DNA of 64,000 nt from Eledone cirrhosa (taxonomy: Eukaryota). The notes under the pieces were generated by a model that saw only the letters and a list, made by a program, of their open reading frames with translations, had not been told where the DNA came from and made no database searches. The stretch lies in assembly GCA_964016885.1 (NCBI GenBank), contig OZ024740.1, positions 180,606,001-180,670,000 of the forward strand. Reading direction: 5' to 3'. Position 1 is the stretch's first letter; every line of letters begins with the position of its first letter. Both the position numbers and the translations under genes were made by a program. Positions 12,739 through 24,728 of the stretch are shown here, one piece after another.

Positions 12739-15700
12739 TTTCTTTATTGGCCACAAGGGCTGACATCTAGAAAAACATTACAGACGAGACAGGACGGTAC
12801 AGGACGGTACGATGTGGGTTTTGTGCGTGTAAATATTTTTATTATTTATGTTAGAAAATAAAAAAAGGATAGAAACATATATATATATATATATAAACAA
12901 TAAAAATGAAAATTGAAACAAAGAATATTCCCCAATAGGGGGGAAACCTCCGAGGGTTACTCGTGTCGAAAATCACACAAAGACCACGGTCACCCTCACC
13001 ACCAGGGCAAGCGCCCTCTCTCAATTTTTCTATTTCTCAAACTACAGACGTATATTCAGACCGGTCCCATTCACTCGGCCCATTCTCGCTACATTGACCC
13101 ACCTTTCAACAAACTTGCTAGAAGGCAGCACTTGCCTCTCCACATTGATTTTCCTCTTCAAGTGAAACTTGAAAAAGTTATTTAGGGATTCGCCGAAGAG
13201 GAAAGTGTCTGTCTTTAACTCTTTCATACTTGTCCACCACACAATCTCTTTCGCCATGGCCACCAGGCAGATGAAAACCGCCTGCCCTTCCTCCTCGAAG
13301 GAAGACTGCGAGACCATCTGCACGATGGACCCAGTCGATAACCAGATCAGTCCTACACGCGACAGCAACTGTTCGACATAGCACAACAAGTGAGCAATGC
13401 TCGGGCACTGAAGGAGTGCGTGCATGACGGTTTGGTCTCTCTACGCGCATCTCGGACAGGCGCGGCTGACGGCATTTCAGTGCCTGTAGACCTTATCTCG
13501 AACCGGCAACGCTCCCCAGTAGCACTGCAAGGCCAGGGATTTTTGGAAGTAATCCATAGGCCCTGGGCTGACAGTTCTCCGGAAGAGAGCAAACAGCTGA
13601 TCTTCTTCGATGCCCAGGATCTCTCCGAGAACGTCGTCGCTCTTCCCCTCCACTAGTTATCTATAGAATGCCGAGATGGATGTTCCACCGATACTGGTGA
13701 CAATCTGGCAGAGGGTAGTGAGCGCCTGGAGACATTCCAGTTTCCAAACGCTAACCCTCGGTCTTTTCCTGACCCAGGATTACAGGTCTGTCAAGGAGAC
13801 GAGCTGTGGGAAAACGTGCCTGGCGAACAGCGACCACACCTTTTCACCGTCAAGAAAACACCAGAGATGTCGCAGCCTCAGTCATGGCATGCACATTCCT
13901 CCACTCAACGGCTGTTGACTGTAGATGGATCGTCTTTCGATGGGAGCGCGTCCCTTCTAAAACAATCGGAAAAGAAGGCGCTCCATTTTGGTGAGAGTTG
14001 GGCAGGGGCAAGGGACGACGGTGAGGTGGTAGCAGATGACGGATACGATGTACGCATTCGCCACCTCCACTGCGCCTTTCAGGGACAGCTTCCTCTCGGT
14101 CCATTGCTGGTGGAGGTAGGCCAACTTGCTCCTCACCTCGTAACAGTTTTTTTCGATCTGGAGGTCCTGTCCGAAACAGACCCCGAGCAATTTAACCCGT
14201 CCGTCCGTCCAACGCCCCACGACGCTGTCGAACGGCATGGAATTGCCTCTCCAGGTGCCGAGCTGCAAGCCCACCGACTTTTCCTGGTTTATCTTTGCTC
14301 CTGTCACTGCTTCGTATTCATTGGGAGCAGTGCCGAGCGTCTGGACGTGACTGGTAGTCGACACCACCAAGGTGAAGTCTCGTAGCAAGCCGACTTGGAT
14401 ATCCCGAATTCTAGTTCGCGTGGGACGCCCCTCACCCCCACCCCCCCCAATTTGTTCACCAAAGGCTCGAGAGCCAATACGTACAAGAGGGACTAGAGGG
14501 GAGACACTGGCGGACCGAGCGCATGATACTGAGCGGCTGCGGCAGGTGACCGTTCACCCTCACAACTGAGCAGATGTCGCTGTATATCGCAGCGATCCAA
14601 CTCCTGAAAACGGGCCCAAACCTGCTGCCACGAGGACCGCCTCCAGTTACCGATGGTCGACCCTTTCGAATGCTTTGGATTGATCCAAGTTGATCAGGGC
14701 CCCACCCGTGCCAGGTTCCTTTAACCTCGCTCTGTTTGATGTATCGCATGAGGTGGAGGTTATCGCGTATGCATCTGTCCGGATTGGCGCATGCCTGTGC
14801 CTCTCCAACAAAACCCTTGATGACAAGCGCCAACATCGTTGCTAACCCCTTGGCCAAATTCTTGAACTATCCGTTTAGCAGGGTTATGGGCCTGACGTTA
14901 CCGATAACACCCACCTTGTTAGGGTCTTTTCTCAGCAGCGCCACTGCTCCTAGGCTCACAAAACTTGGACTGCTCCCGTTCTGCTGCCAGTTGTAGTAGC
15001 CGTCTGCTAAAAGGTCAGCGAACAAGTCTGGCATAAATGCATAAAGCTTGAAGGGCAGACCACCCAAACCTGGCGATTTACCCTACGTGCAGTTAGCCAT
15101 TGCTTCCCGTATTTCAGCGGGTGTCATTGGCTTTTCGCAACACTGTGCTGCGGTCGTTGAGAGCCGAAGCAGTCCGTCGAGGTATCACTGAAGTCCATAC
15201 CCCGATCCGGCCCGCTGATACTTCCGAACAGTTCAGCAAAGTGCTGCTAAAAAGCTTCACAGATCTCGGTTTCGAGCAACACGTGCCCGTTTTGGTCAGA
15301 TAAAGACAGAAGTGTGGCTTTGTTGCCACGTCGCGCCTCTGCCACCCGGGCTCATTGGACGGCTTTTGTCCCCTCGTGTTTCAGAGCACGCGCTCTAGCC
15401 CTGACAAGGCAGCCTTCGTGTTTTGCGTTGAAGAATTGGTCGAGTGCCAATCTCACCGCAAGCACGTCGGTTGCGATGCCTGTCCTTACCGCCTCTTCTA
15501 ACTTTCTGACTAGCTCTCCCTCTACTCTATTTTCCTCTATCACTATTCCTTTGCTAAACCTAATCGACTCTACTTTAATTGCCCTTTTCAGGGCGAACCA
15601 ACTCCACCTGTTGTTGACGTCCGCTCCCGTCAAGGCCCACTTAACTAATATGCTATCCGGTCTCTGTAGGCTTTGCGCGCCGGGAAAGACACATTCAGCT

Positions 15701-18153
15701 TCCAGTAACCGGGTCCTTGTCTATGAAGTCAGTCTATGTCGATCTCACAGATCACAAATTTGTGGTCTGTGTAGTCGACTATTTTAAATTGTGGACAACT
15801 TATACTAGCCGTATCTAGTTCTCTGCAGAATACCCTATCGAGGTACGATCTGTATGACCCGATGCGGTTTCTTCATGGCCACATTGGCACATTCGGGTGA
15901 TGCAGTCGATACCTGTCAGACAGTTTAAAACGTCTGAGCAGGTTGGTGAGGCTCGTGCACCCTCCTCCCCTATCCACTAGCCCCACACAATCCCAGCGTG
16001 CGTCCAAGATACCGTTCCAGTCGCCCACTAACACTAAAGAGCGTGAGGTTCCAAAAAACTCTCTAGACGTCTGAAGAAATCTGGCCGTCCCGTCCTTATC
16101 GGGGCATAAACGGCTACTAGCCTGAAAGCGTTGCCTTCGCTGCCGCTTACGTCCAGAACCACTGACTTACCTTCTGGGTCCAGGAATATGGTCCGTATGG
16201 CGAGACCCAATCCTTTACGAAAAAACACAGCCCCCAGCTCCCGGACGGCTCGGAGATGCGTACACCTCGTAACCGTCGTAGATCGGTGCGAAAGCTCGCG
16301 TTTCGGAGATTCTCGTCTCGCTGATGCACCCCCCCCCCACCCATCTATGTTTAGTGACCTGAGGTCGTTAAGCAAGTGACCCTGCTTCCAATCCGAGCTC
16401 AAGCCACGCACGTTTACACTTCCGGCCACGTTGGGTGAGGAAGGGTGCAAGTGAGAAAGAATTACTTACCTTGATCGTCTGGTGAAGTGACCGTTGAATC
16501 GTCCCATCGGCTGGTCGTCGGCTCTTCTGTGAGTATATCCGAGTATACTCTCCGGTTGAGTGACTCACCTAGGTCTCTGAAATCATCAACTGCGTTCGGG
16601 AATTTCATTTTAATGTTTGTGTATTGTTTCTCTGATATTCTTACCAGCCTTATGTTCGTTGGTGTTTTGATTGGTGCTGGTATTATGTAGTCGTGCTGTG
16701 AAATGTCTGTGTGTTCAATTATGGAAGTCATTACTTTCTTTTTGTGTGTATTTATTGCTGTGCATTTCTTTTTTCTGGGGGTGGGGTGTGGTTCTGCTAT
16801 TTTCTTGTCGTTGTTGCAGGGTGTGTGTGTTTTTTTTGTTGTTGTATTTGCGATGTCGGTGCTTGTGGTGGTGTTGTTGAAGGTGTTGTTGTTGGCGCTG
16901 GGGTTGCCGTCGGTGGTGATGGTAGTGCTAGTGTTGGTGGTGATGGTGTTGGTGGTGTTGCTGCTGTAAGTCTGATTGCAGTAGCCTTCACCATTTTTTT
17001 ATTTCTTCCCTCCCTTTTCGAAGGCGATGATGCGCTGCTTCTGAGTTTGTGCCCTCTTGCGTCCTTTTGCCATCCCTCTCTCACCTCACACTCCATGTCC
17101 GATTCTGTAAGGTCGGGGAAGGGTACCAGCTCCACTATTTCACTTGTTCTTGTTGGTGATGGTTGCAGTGGAGTCTCTGTTTCAGCGACAGTTGGTATTA
17201 CTGTTGTTGTTGTTAATACTTCCACCGCTGCTGCTGTTCTTGATTTCCGTGGCATGGGTATGGGTGCCACGGACCTATCCTTCCTGCTTACCGCCTGTCC
17301 GGTTGCTGGTTGCAGTGGAGACGGTTTCGGAAGGAGGGAGGTTTTCTCCTTTCTCAGGATCTTCTTATTGCAGAAGGCCCTGAGGTGAGTCTTCGACCCA
17401 CAGCGAAAGCATTTCGGGCGTTTGCCCTCAACATGTAAGGGAAGTTGAGTGCCGTTATCGAAGTCTATCACATCCGGGATAGCTTCGATGCACTCCTGGT
17501 TGGTTTGAATTAACATCTCAATGGAGGGCTGACAAAATCTTCTCGTACTTTTTTATGTACTTGCAGTACGGTTGTTATGTCCTCGATTCCAACGAGGACA
17601 GACGCGGTCAGCCAAGTAGGGGCCATCCTGGGGGGGGGGGGGGGGGACTTGGGTCAGTTTGACACTCACAATTTTTTGCCCGCAGTAGGAGGGCACCAAC
17701 AACATTTCCTCGCTCCTTAGGGTTACTAAGAATTGAACATTTGCCTCCTGGAGTGTGGCAAACAGCACGTCCACGGTGGCATATTTCTTGCCTCGGGTGA
17801 TATGCGTTTTCCGGTACCACACATACCTCGAAGGCTTTTTGTATTTGAGCCTCTGTGGCTCTTTCAACTCTACGTGATTTTGTGCTTACTGTACGGTACG
17901 TGACAGTACAGTGCTGTTGGGTTTCGAAAAATTCTTCGGCTGCCTTGCAGATTCCTCGGTGTCCGGTTTTCGTCACCATCTTCCTTGCTTCCTGTAAATT
18001 CCCCATTTGTTATAAGGATGGTTTCCAGGTTCTTTGCGATACTTGCAAATGAGATTGTTTTTTCTTTCTTGTTGTTGTTGTCGTCAGAGCTGCTGTTACT
18101 TTTGTTGTTGCTGCTCGTACTACGACCGCCACCGCCGCTGTTGCTGTTGTTGT

Positions 18154-18191
<38 letters not shown>

Positions 18192-19050
18192 CTGTTGCTG
18201 CTCCTGCTGTTTTTGCGGCTGCTACTATTATTTTCCTCGCCACTGTTTCTGCTGCTGCTGTTATTACGGCTGCTGCTACTCTTCATGACGTCAGACGAAT
18301 GAAATTGCTTTCCGTATTTACGGCACACATCTTTCGTCGTTGTCATCATGGAGAAATGTTCCACGGTACGCGCTTTCTCTTGATGAAGAACGCTACGAGA
18401 AACTACATTTTTCTCTTTCTTTAATGGCGTCGCTTGCGAATTAGGCGACAGAGGAGCCACCACATTTAGAGAAGGGAGGGAGAGAGACAATCTTTTCTCT
18501 GACGCAATGACGATTGTGGAAGAAGAAGGCGGAAGGACTTGGAGTGACTTGTGAAAGTATAAGGGAAGATACGCACGTGGTGGATAGAGAGTTATGGAAT
18601 CGCTCCCGTAAGTTTTTAATTCTTACGTATTTAAAACAATTGTGATAGAATAATTCGTTATGGTATAGGGCCCCAATATTTAATATTTAATTTTGGATCA
18701 GAAATGCTATAGTCAAAAAGCAAAAATGGCTGCATGGCTAAAAACAACAGGCAAATAATTTCAAGACCAACACCACCACCGCCGCCGCCACCATCACCAC
18801 TACCACACACAAACAATCTAGCCAAACCAACGGCTTCTTCAACACCATGACTACAGAACAACTATCACATCACCACCACCACCATTGCATCATTATCGCT
18901 ACCGCTGCTAATCTCTCCCACTAACTCCTGTTAAGACAGATGGATAGTAGTAGTCCCACTAAGTGTGGAAGGTATAAAAAGATATAAATAGACTAATTTG
19001 GTGACCCGGTCAGATGCAACAACAACACCAAAAACATTATTGCTGCTGCA
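12736..19050 (-). mobile_element. L1/Tx1-clade non-LTR retrotransposon, copy B (full length, degenerate)
   Basis: ORF1 at ~16462-18590 (RPKCFRCGSKTHLRAFC). ORF2 at ~13042-16430 (SVNVRGL, VAVYAP, RPITLLN, IRDNLHLMR, YVLALEPL, KINQEKS). The 3' end is homologous to copy A. The 5' boundary is approximate. Confidence 0.9.
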
Positions 19051-19117
19051 CCTCTAAAACTCTCTCAAAGTGTTTAGTTTAAACGATGTCATATCTAAAC
19101 TATAATATAGTAATAAT

Positions 19118-19303
19118 TGTTTCTACTTTTGGCACAAGGCCAGCAATTACCCAGTGCATTACTGGTACTTTATTTTATCGACCCCGTAAGGATGAAAGGC
19201 AAAGTCAACCTCGGCGGGATTTGAACTCAGATCGTAAAGGGACGTAACTATGCTGGAAAGCATGGCGTCCGACCCTCTACCGATACTGCCAATCCACCGC
19301 CCT
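19118..19303 (-). mobile_element. tRNA-derived SINE, full length, with 15-bp TSD
   Basis: A box TGGCAGTATCGG and B box GAGTTCAAATCC on the minus strand. TSD taatatagtaataat at 19103-19117 and 19307-19321. Confidence 0.92.
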
Positions 19304-21085
19304 TAGTAATATAGTAATAATAATTGTCTAACAGGTAAGAATATTCTGTAAAGATGTTTCAAAAGAGAAATAAAAACAACTAAGTTCATGGTGGTTGGGG
19401 TGGTAGTGGTGAGTGTGTGTTAAAATTATAGTGTTTGAAGCGAAATGAGTAAAAAAAAACTATTTAGTACATCGGTTCTACCAGGTAATGTGAGAAGTAT
19501 AGATGGTAAATTGACTAATGGAAGTTATGTATATGTACATGCACACATAATTCGCCAGGTAATTATATATATACTTACACGAAAACAAACATGCGTACAT
19601 ACACACATACCTACATACATACACGTGTTGAATTACGAAAACAGAAACGAATTCAAGGTACGCCCAATATTCTATGATATATGTCAACGCGCAACCCAAG
19701 AAATGCGGAAGCATACAACATTATACACAAGAACATCCCACTATTGAAACAAGACCCAAGAATGAAAAAAGACCTTGAAACACACAACATAATCAAAAGC
19801 GAAAGACAATCGAAATCACTAAAATCATTACTCCCCAATACCAAATTACCTACCAAAAACGCACAACCAACTCTCAAAAAAAGTGGTCGCTTTAATTGTG
19901 GAACTTGCACTCGTCTCATTTAAGGCACCATGTATACATTTCAAAAAGGACAACATTTTAATGTAAAAAATCATCTCACTTGCTCATGAAAAAATTTAAT
20001 TTATGTCATTAATTGTAAAGGATACAATGAAGATTATATAGGACAAACTAAAGTCACACTCAGAAACAGAATGACAATTATGAGACTCTGCCCCAAGACA
20101 GATACCACTCAGTGCACATCTAGAGATATGCGCAAGCGATAATAAACACAAATTCCAAGTCTTCCCACTTTATCTTTGCGCTGACAATACACCAGACTAA
20201 ATACGAATAAATAAGGAAAATATGTTTATTCAAAAATATAGACCAGCATTAAATATAGTTTAATATAAATTCTGTTAACACCATAACATCCTAACCATCC
20301 AAACAGACACATACACACACACATAACACCTACTTTAACACCCTCTTCTACATACGAAAATAAAAATCAGAGCTAAATAGACCCCTTAACATACGTTAAT
20401 AATCTAACCTTTAACATGCTAACCATAAACCCCACACACACAACAATATATATTCTCTCCATCTTAACAACTAACCATACTCCCACACACACATACACAC
20501 ACATATAATACCCATACACACACACATATAACACCCATATACGCACATAACTCCCTCCCCTATTTCTACTAATAGAAACATTTTCCTACACACACACACA
20601 CACACACACGCGCGCGCATCAGCACGCAAATAAAACATACATCTCTATTCTCTTTATTTCAATAGAATGTCTGAATTTTGACACCACAGCATATCAGCTA
20701 TACTCACTGAACCAGAATAATACTCCCCATCCCTTTTTTCTTGACCATTATCATTAGTTTGGCACAAACTCTCTAAATGGCTACAAAGAACCCCAAATAC
20801 CAACTGACGCGAAATTTAAAGTACATATTTACGTGACAGTCATGACCGATCAAATTACATTTATAAAAAACAACTTTTGTGAGCTACATTTTTAAGTGAA
20901 AAGAACCCTCAAACACGAACAGGCGCGAAAGTTGATGTGCTTATTCAAATGACTGCATCGGCCAACCAAATTTCACTCATATAGGAAAATACAATTAGAG
21001 CCCAACCCCCAACCCACCTTCTTTTTTAAAGGCAAATACAAGAAGAACTCTATCACGCGAACTGGCGCGAAATTTATTATACTTA

Positions 21086-21580
21086 CTAGCAGAAAAATCA
21101 CCCTGCGGGTGGTTTTCTGCTAGCAAGTGTGGTATGTATATTGATATAATACACAAGTATATATGCATGTAAATATGATACATCAAATAAAATCGTAATT
21201 GACAATATACACAGAAATTGACCAAAGCCTATGTTACACTGTCTTCTGTAATCAGTAATCCATGATATATAAAAAAAAAGACATCATATATAAACTGCAT
21301 TAGGAGAAAGTTAGCGACGGATATATATGCGATTATAAGTGTTATAATATAACGGCCGCTAACCGGAATGTTGACATTTGATAATTTTAAAGAACTGAAT
21401 TTTAAAGATATTTAAATAAGCTATAAAATATATTTAATCAACAGCCACAAAATGTAACACATAAATTATATAATATTCATTCATTATTTAATCAAAGTAA
21501 TCCAACTTATTTTACAAACGGGGTAAAAAAATATATATTCTGGACGCAATCGCGCAGACCTTCCTTTATTATAGTTAAGA
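21086..21580 (-). mobile_element. Non-autonomous Helitron-like element
   Basis: The minus strand begins A|TCTTAACTATAATAAAG and ends with hairpin CACCCGCAGGGTG plus CTAG|T, with no TSD. An empty site is seen in the homologous repeat near 34575. Confidence 0.85.
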
Positions 21581-21723
21581 TACACGTGAGAGTCATCAAC
21601 CAACTAAATTAGTTCTCTAAAAAAAAATAACATTTCGACTCACTTTTTTCCACATAAAACAGAAGTAACATTCGAAAACCAACCAGATACGAGAAAAACC
21701 ACAAACCTTCCATCTCAATTCTA

Positions 21724-21760
21724 CATTTGAAAAGCATAAGTACTGTGAAACCGGTAAAGG
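21724..21760 (+). ncRNA. Minimal type I hammerhead motif, U3-A8 core (weak stems I and II)
   Basis: TTGAAAA-gcataagtactgt-GAAA-ccgg-TA; a better copy is at 34413-34455. Confidence 0.5.
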
Positions 21761-21887
21761 AAACACATAAATATTCAAATATTCTTTAAAAGACTTCAGT
21801 TGAATTTTCGATTTAATATGTTTTCCTTATACTTTCACTCGTGTAGGACATCTCTATTTTCCATTTACAAAGAAAACAACTCATTTT

Positions 21888-21948
<61 letters not shown>

Positions 21949-21950
<2 letters not shown>

Positions 21951-22129
21951 CGTTCATTGCCAGGGAACGTCTTCACGAACCAAAGTATCGTCTTCCTGTT
22001 TTCCTTCGGTTGCAACGTTTTTCAAAATATTTACTTCTGCGTACACAGACTGATATTTTTTTTAATTCAGAAGATACCGTACAGGGTGAAAGCACCGATT
22101 ATTTGCTTAAACTTTAATCTGTTATTTTA

Positions 22130-22132
<3 letters not shown>
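21949..22132 (+). mobile_element. Solo fragment of the terminal repeat of the PLE at 43.9-47.8 kb, between (TA)n tracts
   Basis: Matches ~47610-47787. Confidence 0.8.
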
Positions 22133-22208
<76 letters not shown>

Positions 22209-22370
22209 GAGCTGGTGTTCTGAAATAGCGATATATATATGAATGTATATATAGTGTGTATTTTGCAATACACTGTATGCTTAATTAAAAGCATGTCGAA
22301 GACCTTACGCTATTGGTTTAGAGTAGTGACAGTCTCACTTACTTTAATTTTCAGCAAACAGGAGAGATAA

Positions 22371-22415
22371 AGCTGACAGGGCTCTGTTTCGCACTTTGTT
22401 CTGCTTATCAAAGCT
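22371..22415 (-). ncRNA. Type I hammerhead ribozyme, U3-A8 core
   Basis: agct-TTGATAA-gca(gaacaaag)tgc-GAAA-cag(agcc)ctg-TC-agct. Confidence 0.8.
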
Positions 22416-22689
22416 AACTACTCAGCCAGTTTGCTGAAAATCATGAATGTTTGATTCTTATAGAAATCTAATAATAATCATGAACTGATTATACAGAGCG
22501 GTTGCCGGTCAAGCAGAAATTGAAAATTAGAATTGGTGCTCTGAAATAGCGATATATATATGAATATATATATAGTGTATTTTGCAATACACTGTATGCT
22601 TAATTAAAAGCATTTCGAAGACCTTACGCTATTGTTTTAGAGTAGTGACAGTCTCACTTACTTTAATTTTCAGCAAACAGTCGAGATAA

Positions 22690-22734
22690 AGCTGACAGGG
22701 TTCTGTTTCGCACTTGTTTGTGCTTATCAAAGCT
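22690..22734 (-). ncRNA. Type I hammerhead ribozyme, U3-A8 core
   Basis: agct-TTGATAA-gcac(aaacaa)gtgc-GAAA-cag(aacc)ctg-TC-agct. Confidence 0.85.
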
Positions 22735-23000
22735 AACTACTCAGCCAGTTTGCTGAAAATCATGAATGTTTGATTCTTATAGAATTCTAGTAATAACCAG
22801 GAACTGGCTATAGAAAGCGCTTGTCGGTCAAGCAGAAATTGAAAATAAGAATTGGTGCTCTGAAATATATATGAATGTATATATAGTGTATTTTGCAATA
22901 CACTGTGTGCTTAATTAAAAGCATTTCGAAGACCTTACGCTATTGGTTTAGAGTAGTGACAGCCTCACTTACTTTAATTTTCAGCAAACAGAGGCCAGAA

Positions 23001-23044
23001 AGCTGACAGAGCTTGTTTCGCACCTGTTGGTGCTTATCATAGCT
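23001..23044 (-). ncRNA. Hammerhead motif, degenerate copy (A3-A8 mismatch)
   Basis: agct-ATGATAA-gcac(caacag)gtgc-GAAA-caagctctg-TC-agct. Confidence 0.6.
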
Positions 23045-23426
23045 AACTACTCCACATGTTTGCTGAAAATCAGGAATGTTTGCTTCTTATAGAATTCTAG
23101 TAATAATCAGGAAGTGATTATACAGAGCGGTTGCCGGTCAAGCAGAATTTGAAAATTAGAATTGGTGCTCTGTAATAGCGATATATATATGAATGTCACT
23201 ACTATAAAACAATAGCGTAAGGTTTCGAAATGCTTTTAATTAATCATACAGTGTATTGCAAAATACACTATATATACATTCATATATATATCGCTATTTC
23301 AGAGCACCAATTCTAATTTTCAATTTCTGCTTGGCCGCAACCGCTCTGTATAATCACTTCCTGATCATTACTAGAATTTTATAATAATCAAACATTTCTG
23401 ATTTTCAGCAAACAGGCGGAGTAGTT

Positions 23427-23471
23427 AGCTTTGATAAGCACCAACAAGTGCGAAACAGAGCTATGTCAGCT
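23427..23471 (+). ncRNA. Type I hammerhead ribozyme, U3-A8 core (inverted unit)
   Basis: agct-TTGATAA-gcac(caacaa)gtgc-GAAA-cagagctatg-TC-agct, enclosed by the extended stem ttttcagcaaaca/tgtttgttgaaaa. Confidence 0.75.
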
Positions 23472-23596
23472 TTATCTCCCTTGTTTGTTGAAAACTAAAG
23501 TAAGTAAGACTGTGACTACTCTAGAACAATAGCGTAAGGTCTTCGAAATGCTTTTAATTAAGCATACAGTGTATTGCAAAATACACTATATATACA

Positions 23597-23638
<42 letters not shown>

Positions 23639-23851
23639 GATAAATCTACCAAAATGTACGGTAGTGTTATTTCTGAACACAGCATGTATATGTGTAGGTA
23701 TGTATATTCCTTCTGATAGTTTGTAAAACTTTTACATAGATCTATATTATATGCATACCAACACTAACATATATATCCTACAAACGATTGTAAAATGATG
23801 AATTTTTTAATATAAGGAACTGTTTCTTTGTTTATTCATTATTTTTATTAA

Positions 23852-23897
<46 letters not shown>

Positions 23898-24023
23898 TCT
23901 GAAGTTTTCGAATATTAATAATAATATTCGATTCGTTTTCAATTATTCAAACAAGCCTCATTCTTAAAGCCATATCAGTAGAATGAGCCTCTCATTCTTG
24001 CTCTTGTGTTGGCATGTAAACAT

Positions 24024-24072
24024 AACTGCAGACACTAATGTTTGTGGGTATCAACCTTCATCAGTACAATTC
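24024..24072 (-). ncRNA. Type I hammerhead motif (degenerate GAAA)
   Basis: gaattgta-CTGATGA-aggttgataccca-CAAA-cattagtg-TC-tgcagtt. Confidence 0.55.
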
Positions 24073-24506
24073 ACCGTTCACCTGACAGAGGTGGTGAAAA
24101 TATATGCTATTTTCAAAAATACACAGTAACTGATCAGCGTGATTTGCATATTAGCAGAACATGACCAAGACACGAGCAAGAATGAGGGGATCATTCTACT
24201 GACACGGCTTTAAAAATGAGACTTGTTTGCATAATTGCAAACGAATCGAATATTATTATTAATATTCGAAAAGGTTTGATTACATTTATTGTATTCAACC
24301 ATGTAGATCGAAAAGCTTTTTTTTTTTAATGTTACAAAAATAGCTAATAATCGCTCGTATACAGGAAACTGACTGGCCAGTCAGCTGATATACAAATCTG
24401 GCTGATCAGTGCATCTGCTAATATGCAAATCAGACCAGTCAGGCACTGTATATTTTAGAAAATATCATATATTTTCACTAGCTCTAACAGTTGGCATGTG
24501 AACAGT

Positions 24507-24556
24507 GAACTGTACTGATGAAGGGCGATAACCAGGAACATCTGTGTCTGCAGTTC
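24507..24556 (+). ncRNA. Type I hammerhead motif (degenerate)
   Basis: gaactgta-CTGATGA-agggcgataacca-GGAA-catctgtg-TC-tgcagttc, with an 8-bp stem I. Confidence 0.6.
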
Positions 24557-24656
24557 AGTTTACATGCCAACACAAGAGCAGGTATGAGGGGCTCACTCTA
24601 CTGACATGGCTTTAAAATGAGACATGTTTGTATAATTGCACAGGAATCGAATATTA

Positions 24657-24678
24657 TCTATATATACAAAACTGGAGA

Positions 24679-24728
<50 letters not shown>

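Larger units (their letters stand above)
19670..21890 (+). mobile_element. Penelope-like element 3' fragment (GIY-YIG relic + long tail ending at (TA)n)
   Basis: 19681-20260 reads ...NCGTCTRLI...LIYVINCKGYNEELYRTN/IGQT..LRNRM...YRPALN across frameshifts. The tail is homologous in reverse to 34280-34880. Confidence 0.75.
22204..23600. repeat. ~315-bp tandem array (3 units + partial) followed by an inverted 1.3-unit copy; one hammerhead motif per unit
   Basis: Units start at ~22204, 22525, 22845 and 23154; the inversion runs from ~23196 to 23600. The array is flanked by (TA)n on both sides. Confidence 0.92.

Noticed and set aside
1205-18302. Plus-strand ORFs over the Tx1 copies and minus-strand ORFs over the Dong copies
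   Set aside because: They are antisense shadows of retroelement coding sequence or trinucleotide repeats and have no motifs.
22204-23200. CRISPR-like array
   Set aside because: Whole units repeat with no unique spacers, the context is eukaryotic and there are no cas genes.
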